This document shows positions 26,799 to 37,500 of a DNA stretch of 64,000 nt, one piece after another. The notes under the pieces were generated by a model, which saw only the letters and a list, made by a program, of their open reading frames with translations, made no database searches and was not told where the DNA came from. Position 1 is the stretch's first letter. Every line of letters starts with the position of its first letter. The translations under genes were made by a program, and so were the position numbers. This DNA is from Pseudomonadota bacterium (GTDB taxonomy: Bacteria; Pseudomonadota; Alphaproteobacteria; Rhizobiales; Xanthobacteraceae). Location of the stretch: NCBI GenBank assembly GCA_040386115.1, contig JAZKGC010000086.1:5034-69033 (forward strand), given 5' to 3'.

Positions 26799-28421
26799 AT
26801 GACGGTCATTGAGAATACGATCTCCCGCGCCAGCGAAACCTATCAGGCCAACCGGGCGGGCATGCTGGCGCAGCTTGAGCGGGTAAAAACGGTTGAGAAA
26901 CGCGCCAGCGATGCCTCCGCGTTGTCCAAGGAGCGGTTCGAGAAGCGCGGGCAGTTGCTGCCGCGCGAACGGGTGGCGCTGTTGCTCGATCCCGGCGCGC
27001 CGTTCATGGAGTTGTCCGCACTTGCCGGATATTGTCTGGATACGCCTGACCCGGATAAAAGCATCCCCGGCGGCGGCGGGATTTCCGGCATAGGTTTTGT
27101 GTCCGGCGTCCGCTGCATGGTGAGTGCGAGCGACTCCGGCATCGAGGCCGGCTCGTTGCAGCCGATGGGACTTGAGAAGCGCTTGCGTTCGCAGGAGATC
27201 GCGCTGGAGAACAAGCTGCCGTCGGTACAGCTCGTGGAAAGCGCCGGCGCCAACCTGATGCGTTACCGCGTCGAGGATTTCATCCGCGGCGGCTCGACGT
27301 TTCGTAATCTCGCGCTGATGTCCGCCGCCGGGTTGCCGGTAATTACCGTGACGCATGGATCGTCCACCGCGGGCGGCGCGTATCAAACCGGCCTGTCCGA
27401 CTACATCGTGATGGTGCGCGGACGGACGCGCGCGTTTCTCGCCGGGCCGCCGCTGCTGAAAGCCGCGACCGGAGAAATCGCCACCGAAGAAGAACTGGGC
27501 GGCGCGGAAATGCACACCAGCATTTCGGGTCTTGGCGATTATCTCGCCGAAGACGACCGCGACGCGCTCGGCATCGCCCGGCAGATCATGGCCGACCTCT
27601 ACTGGGACCGCCTGTCACACGACGCAAATGCGCAACTGCCGCGTGAGCCGCTCTACGACATGGACGAATTGCTGGGCATCATGCCCATGGATCACAAAAA
27701 GCCCGTCGATATGCGGCAAGCGATCGCGCGCTTCGTCGATGGCTCGGATTTCCTGGAGATCGGCGCGAACTATGGTCCCGCCACGGTCTGCGGCCACGCC
27801 CACATCGAGGGCCAAGCCATCGGCATCATCACCAACAATGGACCGCTGGACCCCAACGGTGCCAACAAGGCGACGCATTTCATTCAGGCCTGTTGTCAGT
27901 CGCGCACGCCGATCCTCTACATGAACAACACCACGGGCTACATGGTTGGCAAGGCTTACGAGGAAGCCGGCATGATCAAGCACGGCTCGAAGATGATTCA
28001 GGCAGTGACCAATGCGACGGTGCCCCAAATCACTATCTACTGCGGCGCGTCGTTCGGCGCGGGCAATTACGGCATGTGCGGGCGCGGCTTTCATCCCCGG
28101 TTCTGCTTCTCCTGGCCCAATGCCAAAACCGCCGTGATGGGCGGCGAGCAGGCGGCCGAAACAATGGCCATCGTCGCGGAGGCAGCCGCCGCGCGGCGCG
28201 GCAAGCCAATGGAGCCGCACAAGCTGAACGAGATGAAGACGCGCATCATCGACGTGTTCGACAAGCAGATGGATGTGTTCGCGACCAGCGGCCGGCTGCT
28301 GGATGACGGCGTGATCGATCCGCGCGACACCCGCGCCGTGCTGGCCAATGTTCTGGCGATCTGCCGCGAAGCAGAGCAGCGCCATCCGCAGCCCATGCAG
28401 TTTTCGGTGGCGCGGCCATGA
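26799..28421 (+). CDS. atuC: Geranyl-CoA carboxylase-like carboxyltransferase (beta) subunit
   Basis: RGQLLPRERVALLLDPGAPF, VESAGANL, GSSTAGGAY, GASFGAGNYGMCGR, DDGVIDPRDTR. Confidence 0.82.
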   Translation: MTVIENTISRASETYQANRAGMLAQLERVKTVEKRASDASALSKERFEKRGQLLPRERVALLLDPGAPFMELSALAGYCLDTPDPDKSIPGGGGISGIGFVSGVRCMVSASDSGIEAGSLQPMGLEKRLRSQEIALENKLPSVQLVESAGANLMRYRVEDFIRGGSTFRNLALMSAAGLPVITVTHGSSTAGGAYQTGLSDYIVMVRGRTRAFLAGPPLLKAATGEIATEEELGGAEMHTSISGLGDYLAEDDRDALGIARQIMADLYWDRLSHDANAQLPREPLYDMDELLGIMPMDHKKPVDMRQAIARFVDGSDFLEIGANYGPATVCGHAHIEGQAIGIITNNGPLDPNGANKATHFIQACCQSRTPILYMNNTTGYMVGKAYEEAGMIKHGSKMIQAVTNATVPQITIYCGASFGAGNYGMCGRGFHPRFCFSWPNAKTAVMGGEQAAETMAIVAEAAAARRGKPMEPHKLNEMKTRIIDVFDKQMDVFATSGRLLDDGVIDPRDTRAVLANVLAICREAEQRHPQPMQFSVARP

Positions 28422-30409
28422 ACGTAACCACGAGCGCGCAGAAGCTGACGCCGTTTCGCAGCATACTAATTGCCAATCGCGGCGAGATCGCTTTGCGCGT
28501 GATGCGGACCGCGAAGCGCCTCGGCTACGAGACGGTGGCGGTGTACTCGACAGCCGATGCCAATGCGCGTCATGTGCGTGAGGCTGACCAAGCCGTTTGT
28601 ATCGGCGAACCGCAGCCGTCGCAGTCCTATTTGCGCATCGACAGCATCATTGACGCCGCGAAGGCGAGCGGCGCGGACGCCGTTCATCCCGGCTACGGCT
28701 TTCTCGCGGAGAACGCCGATTTCGCGACAGCTTGCCGCGTGGCCGGGCTGGTGTTTATCGGACCATCGCCCGAGGCCATTCACGCGATGGGCAACAAGGC
28801 TGGCGCGAAAGACATCATGCAGAAGGCAGGCGTGCCCTGCGTGCCCGGTTATCAGGGCGAAGATCAAAGCGATGCCGCGATGCTGTCGGCGGCAAAGCGC
28901 ATCGGCTTTCCGGTCATGATTAAGGCCGTCGCAGGCGGCGGTGGCCGGGGCATGCGCCTTGTCCCTGATGTTGAATCTTTTTCCGAGTTTCTGCGCGCGG
29001 CGCGATCCGAAGCGCAGAATGCCTTCGGCGATCCGCACGTCATTCTGGAACGCGCAATCGTCAAGCCACGCCACATTGAAATCCAGGTGTTCGGCGACCG
29101 CCACGGCAATGCGATCCATCTCGGCGAGCGCGACTGCTCAGTGCAGCGGCGTCACCAGAAGCTGATCGAGGAAGCGCCGTCACCCGCGGTGTCTCCCGAA
29201 CTGCGCGCGCAGATGGGGGCAACCGCCGTCGCTGCCGTCAAGGCGATTGATTATGAAGGCGCAGGCACCCTCGAATTTCTGCTCGACGCCGCCGGCAACT
29301 ACTACTTCATGGAAATGAACACGCGGCTGCAAGTCGAGCATTCGGTCACGGAAGCCATCACCGGCCTCGATCTGGTCGAGTTGCAGTTGCGCGTCGCGAG
29401 CGGTGAGGCGCTGCCGGTGCGACAGGACGAGATTTCATTTTCGGGCCACGCCATTGAAGTGCGGCTTTGCGCGGAAGACGCCGCGCACGGATTCATGCCG
29501 CAGTCGGGCCGCATGCTACGCTGGCGCGCACCTTCAACGCTCCGCATGGAGGATGCGCTGGAATCCGGCTGCGAGATTTCGCCATTCTACGATTCGATGA
29601 TCGCCAAGATCGTCAGTCACGGCGCTTCGCGGGACGAAGCGCGTCGCAAGCTGATCTCGGGGCTGACGGAGATGACGGCGTTGGGCGTCACCACCAACCA
29701 GACATTCCTGCGCCGCTGTCTCGAACACCCGGCCTTCGCGGCGGGCGAGGCGACCACGGGCTTCATTGAGGAGAACTCCACCGATCTGCTGGCTCCCGAA
29801 GCGGACGGCGGGCGGCGCGCGGCGGTGGCGACGTTGCTGCTTTACGCATCGCGCATCGACGCGGCGCATTTACGGCGCGGACAGACGCTGGCGCACAGAT
29901 TCCCGATTCCAATGCGGTTCGACGTTGATGGTCACATCATCGATTCGGTTGCGCGCCGTGAACGCGACAACATATTCCGCGTCGCCGTTTCCGGTCATGA
30001 GCATGACCTGACGATCGACTCCATCGGGCAGGACGCGATTCACTTCATGTGCGGCGGCATCCGGGTTTCGGCGGCTTTCGTTCGCGACGGGACACATCTG
30101 TTCTTCAATTTTGCCGGGATCACATCGCATGTGCGGGATTTGTCACTCGCCGCCGTGCTGCGGGCGGGCGATGCCGGATCGGACGGCAAGCTGCGGGCCT
30201 CCATGAACGGGCGCGTGGTGTCGGTGCTGGTCAAGGCCGGCGACGTGGTCGTGGCGGGTACGCCGGTCATTGTCCTCGAGGCTATGAAGATGCAGCATGT
30301 TCACGCCGCGCCCGTCTCCGGGACAGTCGCAGCGCTGAATGTCGCAGAGGGCGATCAGGTGACGACCCGCTTCGTCATCGCCGAGATCGAAGCGGCGAAC
30401 GCAGCTTGA
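28418..30409 (+). CDS. atuF: Geranyl-CoA carboxylase-like biotin carboxylase / BCCP (alpha) subunit
   Basis: ANRGEIA, HPGYGFLAEN, GGGGRGMR, EMNTRLQVEH, biotin site EAMKM. Confidence 0.82.
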   Translation: MNVTTSAQKLTPFRSILIANRGEIALRVMRTAKRLGYETVAVYSTADANARHVREADQAVCIGEPQPSQSYLRIDSIIDAAKASGADAVHPGYGFLAENADFATACRVAGLVFIGPSPEAIHAMGNKAGAKDIMQKAGVPCVPGYQGEDQSDAAMLSAAKRIGFPVMIKAVAGGGGRGMRLVPDVESFSEFLRAARSEAQNAFGDPHVILERAIVKPRHIEIQVFGDRHGNAIHLGERDCSVQRRHQKLIEEAPSPAVSPELRAQMGATAVAAVKAIDYEGAGTLEFLLDAAGNYYFMEMNTRLQVEHSVTEAITGLDLVELQLRVASGEALPVRQDEISFSGHAIEVRLCAEDAAHGFMPQSGRMLRWRAPSTLRMEDALESGCEISPFYDSMIAKIVSHGASRDEARRKLISGLTEMTALGVTTNQTFLRRCLEHPAFAAGEATTGFIEENSTDLLAPEADGGRRAAVATLLLYASRIDAAHLRRGQTLAHRFPIPMRFDVDGHIIDSVARRERDNIFRVAVSGHEHDLTIDSIGQDAIHFMCGGIRVSAAFVRDGTHLFFNFAGITSHVRDLSLAAVLRAGDAGSDGKLRASMNGRVVSVLVKAGDVVVAGTPVIVLEAMKMQHVHAAPVSGTVAALNVAEGDQVTTRFVIAEIEAANAA

Positions 30410-30422
30410 AGGGGAGTCATCG

Positions 30423-31202
30423 ATGACTGAAGATGCAACGGTTCTGCACGAGAAGCGTGGCCACGCATTCTGGATCACGATCAACCGTCCCGACAAGCGC
30501 AACGCCCTGAATTCCGCGGTAATCGCCGGCATCGTGGATGGTTATCGCCGCGCTCATGAGGATGGCGATGTGCGGGTGATTGTCCTGACCGGAACTGGTG
30601 CCAAGGCGTTTTGCGCCGGAGCGGACTTGCAGCCGGGGGCGGGGTTCACGTTCGATCTCTCTAGGCCGAATCTCGATTACGCCGATATGCTGCGCACTGC
30701 GCAGAACGCGACCAAGCCGACCATCGCCCGCGTCAACGGTGTCTGCATGGCGGGCGGCATCGGGCTTCTCTGTATGACCGACATGGCGGTGGCAGCGGAC
30801 AATGCGGTGTTCGGCCTTCCCGAGGTGAAGGTCGGCGTGTTTCCAATGCAGGTGCTGAGCCTGTTGCAGTCGATCGCGCCGCCGCGCCTCGTGCGCGAAT
30901 GGTGTTTCACCGGCGAGCCGTTCGACGCCGCCGCTGCGAAGGACGCGGGGCTTCTCAACCATGTTGTTCCGGCAGCCGAACTCGATGCCAAGATAGAGTG
31001 GCTGGTATCTCGGATTATCGATAAATCGCCGACGGCGATCCGGCGCGGTAAATACGCCATGCGCGCGCTGGCATCGATGTCGTTCGATCAGGGAATCGCG
31101 TACACCGAATCGCAGATCGCGCTACTGGCCATGACGCAGGACGCGAAAGAGGGTCTGGCGGCCTTCGCGGAAAAGCGCAAGCCGGTCTGGACTGGAAAAT
31201 AG
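30423..31202 (+). CDS. Crotonase, AtuE / methylglutaconyl-CoA hydratase-like
   Basis: FCAGADL, AGGIGL (first Glu absent), LPEVKVG; follows the carboxylase genes. Confidence 0.75.
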   Translation: MTEDATVLHEKRGHAFWITINRPDKRNALNSAVIAGIVDGYRRAHEDGDVRVIVLTGTGAKAFCAGADLQPGAGFTFDLSRPNLDYADMLRTAQNATKPTIARVNGVCMAGGIGLLCMTDMAVAADNAVFGLPEVKVGVFPMQVLSLLQSIAPPRLVREWCFTGEPFDAAAAKDAGLLNHVVPAAELDAKIEWLVSRIIDKSPTAIRRGKYAMRALASMSFDQGIAYTESQIALLAMTQDAKEGLAAFAEKRKPVWTGK

Positions 31203-31206
31203 TGCG

Positions 31207-32082
31207 ATGAGCAAGGTCTGGATCGAAGCTGCGCTGAACGGCCCGTGGACGCGCGAACGGCAGCCGGGTATCCCCATCGCCGTCGAGGAGATCGTCGCCG
31301 ACGGCATTGCGACCGCGGAGGCGGGTGCGGCCATCATCCATGCCCATGCTTATGATGTGAAGACGGGCCATCAGCGAGACGATTGGGAGATCTACGCGCG
31401 GATCATCGAAGGCATCCGCGCCAAGGTGGACGTCATCGTTTATCCAACCATTCCGAGTCCTGCGTTGGGGCAGGCCGATACCGCGCAGCGCTTCGGCCAC
31501 ACGGCGGAGCTTGCGAAGCGAGGTTTGATCGAATGGGCCGTGATCGATCCGGGCTCGGTTCACTTTGCGCGCTTCGATGATCTCGGGCAGGGCGGAGTCT
31601 ATCAGAATCCGCATGCCGACATCATGGAAGGCATGCGGATCTCGCGCGCTCATAACGTCCATCCAAGCTATGCGATCTATGAGCCAGGCTTCACGCGCCT
31701 CGGTGCAGCGCTGGCGGCCATTGCGCCGCCGTCACCGACGCCGATCTATCGCTTCATGTTTTCGGAGGAGTTTGCCTGGGGATTCCCGCCGCGCGACAAA
31801 TATCTCGACGCACATCTGGAATTGCTGGCGGAGGCTGCACCCGGCGCGCCGTGGATGGTCGCAGGGCTTGGCGTGGACATCACTCCGCTGATCCCGCGCA
31901 CGGTGGCGCGCGGCGGTCACGTTCGTGTCGGCCTTGAGGACATCAACTGGGGAAGCACCCAAACCAACGAAGCGCTGGTAAAAGACGCGGCGCGGCGCAT
32001 TCGCGACGCGGGAGGAGAGCCGGCCAGCACCGCTGAAGTTCGAAGCGCCTTGCAATCGATGGATGCGGCGCGGGGAGCATGA
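31207..32082 (+). CDS. Beta-keto acid cleavage enzyme (BKACE/DUF849) 2, divergent
   Basis: EAALNG, AGAAIIHAHA, GGHVRVGLED, REAGGEPA-like end. Confidence 0.82.
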   Translation: MSKVWIEAALNGPWTRERQPGIPIAVEEIVADGIATAEAGAAIIHAHAYDVKTGHQRDDWEIYARIIEGIRAKVDVIVYPTIPSPALGQADTAQRFGHTAELAKRGLIEWAVIDPGSVHFARFDDLGQGGVYQNPHADIMEGMRISRAHNVHPSYAIYEPGFTRLGAALAAIAPPSPTPIYRFMFSEEFAWGFPPRDKYLDAHLELLAEAAPGAPWMVAGLGVDITPLIPRTVARGGHVRVGLEDINWGSTQTNEALVKDAARRIRDAGGEPASTAEVRSALQSMDAARGA

Positions 32083-32121
32083 TCCCGAAAAGTGGGAACC
32101 TGTTTTAGGAAAAGCTCATGC
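32077..32121. repeat. Palindromic repeat family A copy 3
   Basis: GCATGATCCCGAAAAGTGGGAACCTGTTTTAGGAAAAGCTCATGC; supplies the TGA stop of BKACE2. Confidence 0.78.
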
Positions 32122-32134
32122 CCGATTAAAAGCC

Positions 32135-32926
32135 CTAGCGCCCCTTGAACACCGGCTTGCGTTTTTCCATGAAAGCGGCGCGTCCTTCCTCGTAATCTGC
32201 GCTCTTGAAGCACTGATCGACCAGTTCCTCGCAGCGCTTCATGTCGCGCATAAGTTCGTCCTTGCAGGCTTCGCCGACGATGAACTTGATCGAATCAACC
32301 GTCAGCGGCGCGTTGGCTGCGATCGTGGCGGCGTAGTTCTTCACATAGAACTCTAGCTCCTCATTCTCGACAATGCGATTGACCAGTCCCATCTCCACGG
32401 CTTCCATAGCCTCGAACAGCCGCGCGGTGAAGAAAATTTCCTTGGTGAATGAAGGGCCGACCACGTCCATCAGCCGCTTCACGCCGGGATAGCCGTAGCC
32501 GAGGCCCAATTTCGCGGCCGGCACCGCAAATCGCGCGTCCTCCGAACAGATGCGCAGGTCGCAGCAACTGGCCAGCCCCATGCCGCCGCCGACGCAATAG
32601 CCGCGGATCATTGCAATCGTCGGCTTTGGAAATTCATGCACGCTGGCATAGGCGGCCTCGACCGCGTCGTTGTACTTTTTGACGCCTTCGTCCGATGCCC
32701 GCTCGTCCTCGAACTTGGAAATGTCCGCGCCCGCCACAAAGGCCTTGTCGCCCGCGCCTGTCAGCACGACGACCCGGATGCCGGAGTCTTTCGCGTACTC
32801 CGTCATCAGCGCCGTGCACGACTCCCACATTTCCAGCGACATCGCGTTGCGTCGCTCGGGATTGTTGAAGATCACGTAGCCGACGTTGCCGTCCTTGCGG
32901 GAGATCACCTTGTCGGTCGAAGCCAT
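32135..32926 (-). CDS. Crotonase-superfamily protein lacking both canonical catalytic glutamates
   Basis: FVAGADIS, CVGGGMGLA, FAVPAAKLGLGY, EKRKPVFKGR. Confidence 0.85.
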   Translation of the reverse strand: MASTDKVISRKDGNVGYVIFNNPERRNAMSLEMWESCTALMTEYAKDSGIRVVVLTGAGDKAFVAGADISKFEDERASDEGVKKYNDAVEAAYASVHEFPKPTIAMIRGYCVGGGMGLASCCDLRICSEDARFAVPAAKLGLGYGYPGVKRLMDVVGPSFTKEIFFTARLFEAMEAVEMGLVNRIVENEELEFYVKNYAATIAANAPLTVDSIKFIVGEACKDELMRDMKRCEELVDQCFKSADYEEGRAAFMEKRKPVFKGR

Positions 32927-32948
32927 GTCACGTTCCTTGATTAAAAAT

Positions 32949-34133
32949 TCAGACGACCTTGCTCTCTTGAAGCAAGGTGATCTCTTGTTCGCTGAATCCG
33001 AATTCCGCGAGCACGTCGCGGGTCTGCTCGCCTACAAGCGGCGGGCGCGCGGCGATCCGGCTCGGCGTGCGCGAGAGTGTTACCGGCTGGCCGACGAGAT
33101 GCTTTCCGGCCTCGGGCAATTGTTGCGCGATGCCAAGATGTTTCACCTGCTCGTCGGCGAACACTTCGTCGATGGCATAGATGGGTCCGCATGGCACGCC
33201 GGCGGTGTTGAGAATCGTCACCCACTCAGTGGTGGTACGCCTGGCCATGTACGTTCCGATCTCCGCATTGAGCGCGTCGCGGTTTGTCGAGCGCGAGGCA
33301 ATCGTCGCGTAATCCGGATTCGTCAGCAGGTCCGGGGCGTCGATGGCCTCCGCAAAGCGTTCCCATATCCGCCCGCCGGTGGTGGCGATATTGATATGGC
33401 TGTCGGCGGTCTTGAACACGCCGGTCGGGATGCTGGTGGGGTGATTGTTGCCGGCCTGTTGCGGCACGTCGCCATCGACCAGCCAGCGCGCAGCCTGAAA
33501 ATCCAGCATGAAGATCTGCGCCTGCAACAGTGACGTCTGCACCCATTGACCTTCGCCGGAGACATCGCGTTCCAGCAACGCGGTGAGAATGCCGAGCGCG
33601 CAAAACAGTCCCGCCGTCAGATCCGCAACCGGAATTCCTGCGCGCACCGGCCCCTGTCCGGGCAATCCGGTAATCGACATTAATCCGCCCATACCCTGCG
33701 CGATCTGGTCGAAGCCTGGGCGCTTCGCATAAGGCCCGTCCTGGCCGAAGCCGGAAATGCTCGCATAGACGATGCGCGGGTTGATGGCGCGCATGCTGGC
33801 ATAGTCGATGCCGAGCTTGTCCTTCACGTCGGGACGGAAGTTCTCGACAATGACATCGGCCTTCACGGCGAGACGCTTGAAGACATCGAGACCCTTCGGG
33901 TCTTTCAGGTTCAGCGTCATCGCCCGCTTGTTGCGGTGAAGGTTCTGGAAGTCAGGACCGTTGCGCGGCCCGCCGGGCTGCTCGCTGTCGGCGAGGTCTG
34001 TCGGCGCCTCGATCTTGATGACGTTCGCGCCCCAGTCCGACAGTTGGCGCACGGCCGTCGGCCCGGAGCGAATCCGGGTGAGGTCGAGCACCGTGAAGCG
34101 GGACAGAGCCGATGAGGCTCGCGGAAACGTCAT
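32949..34133 (-). CDS. Class III (CaiB/BaiF) CoA transferase
   Basis: GANVIKIE, RNKR, ENFRP, SISGFGQDGPYA, catalytic Asp in PVADL. Confidence 0.9.
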   Translation of the reverse strand: MTFPRASSALSRFTVLDLTRIRSGPTAVRQLSDWGANVIKIEAPTDLADSEQPGGPRNGPDFQNLHRNKRAMTLNLKDPKGLDVFKRLAVKADVIVENFRPDVKDKLGIDYASMRAINPRIVYASISGFGQDGPYAKRPGFDQIAQGMGGLMSITGLPGQGPVRAGIPVADLTAGLFCALGILTALLERDVSGEGQWVQTSLLQAQIFMLDFQAARWLVDGDVPQQAGNNHPTSIPTGVFKTADSHINIATTGGRIWERFAEAIDAPDLLTNPDYATIASRSTNRDALNAEIGTYMARRTTTEWVTILNTAGVPCGPIYAIDEVFADEQVKHLGIAQQLPEAGKHLVGQPVTLSRTPSRIAARPPLVGEQTRDVLAEFGFSEQEITLLQESKVV

Positions 34134-34150
34134 GCCATTCTCCGCACGGA

Positions 34151-34582
34151 TTATCCGGCGTTGCCGACCAGGCCGGCGGCGGCGATACCGGCCAGCGCCG
34201 CGGCCTCGTCGTTATCGGAGGTGTCACCGCTGATGCCGATGGCACCGACCAGCGCGCCGTTCTTGTCATTGATGAGGACGCCGCCGGGCACCGGGATCAT
34301 CGCGCCACGCGTCATGGTGCTGATGGCATCGATGAAGTACGGCTGCTCGTTGGCGCGCTTGAAGATCGCGCGCGATCCCATTCCAAGCGCGAGCGCTCCG
34401 TAGGCCTTGCCGTGGGCGATTTCGCTGCGCATCAGGCTGGTGCCGTCTTCAGCCACCACGGTCTTGAGCGCGCCACGCGCGTCGAGCACGACCACCGCCA
34501 TCGGTTTCAGCTTCATTTCGCGGCATTTGGCCAGCGCGGCATCGGAGATCTTGCGGGCGATGTCGAGGGTCAGGTCGGTCAT
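34151..34582 (-). CDS. GlcG/HbpS-family putative heme-binding protein
   Basis: AVVVLDARG, A.GKAYGA, PGGVLI, GAIGISGD..D.D. Confidence 0.85.
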   Translation of the reverse strand: MTDLTLDIARKISDAALAKCREMKLKPMAVVVLDARGALKTVVAEDGTSLMRSEIAHGKAYGALALGMGSRAIFKRANEQPYFIDAISTMTRGAMIPVPGGVLINDKNGALVGAIGISGDTSDNDEAAALAGIAAAGLVGNAG

Positions 34583-37500
34583 TGTCTGGTCCTTGTAAGA
34601 GGGTCTTCAAGAAAGTGCGGGGCATTCGCCGCGCCTTGATCGAGGCTTATCGCAAGGACGCGCGCGACATGCAACGCGCCGCGCCCGGAGCCGTCCTTGA
34701 TCTGGTGGCGGCAGGAGGTGCCGTCGGCGACGATCAGTGTGTCATCGGCAGCTCCGCGCACCGCGGGCAGCAGCGACAGTTCGGCCATTTCCAAGGACAC
34801 ATCGTATGTCTCGGCCCCGTAGCCGAATGCGCCGGCCATGCCGCAGCAGCTCGATTCAATGGTCGTGACCTTCAGGCCGGGAATGAGCTGCAGGATTTTT
34901 TCCACCGGCGCAAACGCCCCGAACGATTTCTGGTGACAATGGCCGTGGACAAGGGCGCTCTTGTTGATCGCCCCAAGCGGCAATTGCAGCCGGCCAGCTT
35001 CCGCCTCGCGCACCAGGAACTCCTCGAACAACAGAGCCTGCGTGCTGACTGTCTTCGCAGCGTCATCCGGCCGCAGCGAGAGCAGTTCGTCGCGAAGTGT
35101 GAGAAGACAGCTCGGCTCAAGTCCGACAATGGGCACGCCGCGCTCGGCGAACGGGATCAATGTTTCGACAACGCGCCCAAGTTCAGCCTTCGCATTGTCC
35201 ACGAGGCCTGCGGACAGGAACGTGCGTCCGCAACATAACGGTCTGCCGCCATCTTCGGCACGGGGAATATGGACGCGATAACCGCCATCGATCAGCACCC
35301 GCAGCGCCGCGTCGAGATTCTCCCGCTCATAGGCGCGGTTGAAGGTGTCGGCGAACAGAACCACCTCGCGGCCGCCTTCTGGGCCAAAGCTCTCTCCGGC
35401 AGGCGCAAACACATCTCGCCGGAATTTTGGCAGATCGCGCGCGGCGCTGATTCCGGCGACCTCCTCGAACAGCCAGCGCAGGATCTGACTCTTGTTGCGC
35501 AGGTTCGCGAGCCACGCGAATCTTGAAGCCATTGCCGCATAGTGCGGCAGATAGCCCACCATGCGGTCGCGCAGCGTGAGGCCATGCTGGGCGACGCGCG
35601 CAGCGAGCACTTCAATCTTCATCTTGGCCATATCGACCCCGGTGGGGCATTCGTGGCGGCACGCCTTGCAGGAGACGCAGAGTTGCATCGTCTGCATCAT
35701 CTCGTCCGATGCCAGCGCGTCGGGGCCAAGCTGGCCGGAGATCGCCAGCCGCAAGGTGTTGGCACGCCCCCGCGTCACGTCCTTTTCGTTGCGCGTGGCA
35801 CGATAGGACGGACACATCACGCCGCCCTCGAGCTTGCGGCAGGCACCGTTGTTGTTGCACATCTCGACGGCACCCTGGAAACCGCCGGCAGCGCCGGGAT
35901 ACACCGACCAGTCAAGCACGGTTGTGATGCGGTCGATCTTGTAGTCAGGCGCGTAACGAAACAGCGCGCGGTCATCCATCCGCGGCGGATGCACGATCTT
36001 GCCGGGATTGAGCGTGTTGTCCGGATCGAAACGCTCCTTCACCTCCTCGAAGGCGTGGACGATGCGCGAGCCAAACATTTGTTCGTGGAATTCCGAGCGG
36101 ACGATGCCGTCGCCGTGTTCGCCGGAATGCGAGCCTTTGTATTCGCGGACCATGGCGAAGGTTTCTTCGGCGATGGCGCGCATCGCCTTGACGTCCTTGT
36201 CGAGCTTGAGGTTGAGCACCGGGCGGACATGCAGGCAGCCTTCGGAGGCGTGGGCATACATGGTGCCGTGCGTGCCATGCTTCTCGAATATTTTGTTGAG
36301 TCGCTCGGTGTAATCGGCGAGATGCGGCAGCGGCACCGCGCAATCCTCGACGAATGAAACAGGTTTTCCTTCCTGCTTCATCGACATCATGATGTTCAGG
36401 CCGGAGGTGCGGAAGTCGGAGATGGCGGCCTGCATCGCGGGTTCAATGACCTCCACGACGCCACCCCAGCGGCGCTTCGGCTCGTTCCATCCGAATCCGA
36501 GATCGCCCATCAGATCGCCGAGTTCCTTCAGTCTGGCGAGATTGTCGGCATGAGTCTCTTCGGCGAATTCGACGACGAGAAGCGCTTCCGGCTCGCCTTT
36601 CACCACGGCCTCGATGATGGGCCTGAACATCGCGATGTCGCGGCCGAGCGCGATCATGGTGCTATCGACCAGCTCCACGGCTATGGGCTTCAGCGTCACC
36701 AGATGCTGCGCGGCATCCATTGCCTCATAAAAGCTGCCGAAATGGCAGACGCCGAACACCTTGTTCTTGATGAGCGGCCACAGCTTGAGTTCGACGCGCG
36801 TGGTGAAAGCAAGTGTGCCTTCGGAGCCCACCAGCAGGTGCGCCATGTTGTTGACGGGGTGCGGCGTCAGCGCGTCGAGATTGTAGCCGCCGACCCGGCG
36901 CTGCACATGGGGAAAACGGGCGGCGATTTCGCCGGCTTCGCGCTCGCCGAGCGCCAGCATGTCGCGAAACAGGTCACGCCCCGGCTGTTCGGTGTTCTGC
37001 CACGCCCTGTCGCGCGGCACCTCGCCGAAATGTAGCAGCGTGCCGTCGGCCAGTGCTGCATCCATCGAGATGGTGTTGTCGCGCATCGTCCCGTAACGAA
37101 GGGATCGTCCGCCGCAGGAATTGTTGCCCGCCATGCCGCCGATGGTGGCGCGTGACGCCGTGGAGACATCGACCGGAAACCACAGGCCGTGTTTCTTCAG
37201 TTGCCTGTTCAAGTCATCGAGCACGATGCCGGGCTCGACCACGCAGGTTCGCTTCTCGACGTCGAGCGAGATGATCTTGTTCAGGTACTTCGAAACATCG
37301 ACGACAATTCCGTTATTGACGGTCTGGCCGCATTGCGAGGTGCCGCCACCGCGCGGTGTAACGATGCGCCCGTCGTCGCGCGCAATCGCCATTGCGCGCA
37401 GCGCATCCTCGATGGTACGCGGAACGACGACACCGAACGGCTTGATCTGATAGAACGAGGCATCGGTCGCGTAGCGCCCGAGATCGAATGGATCGAACAG

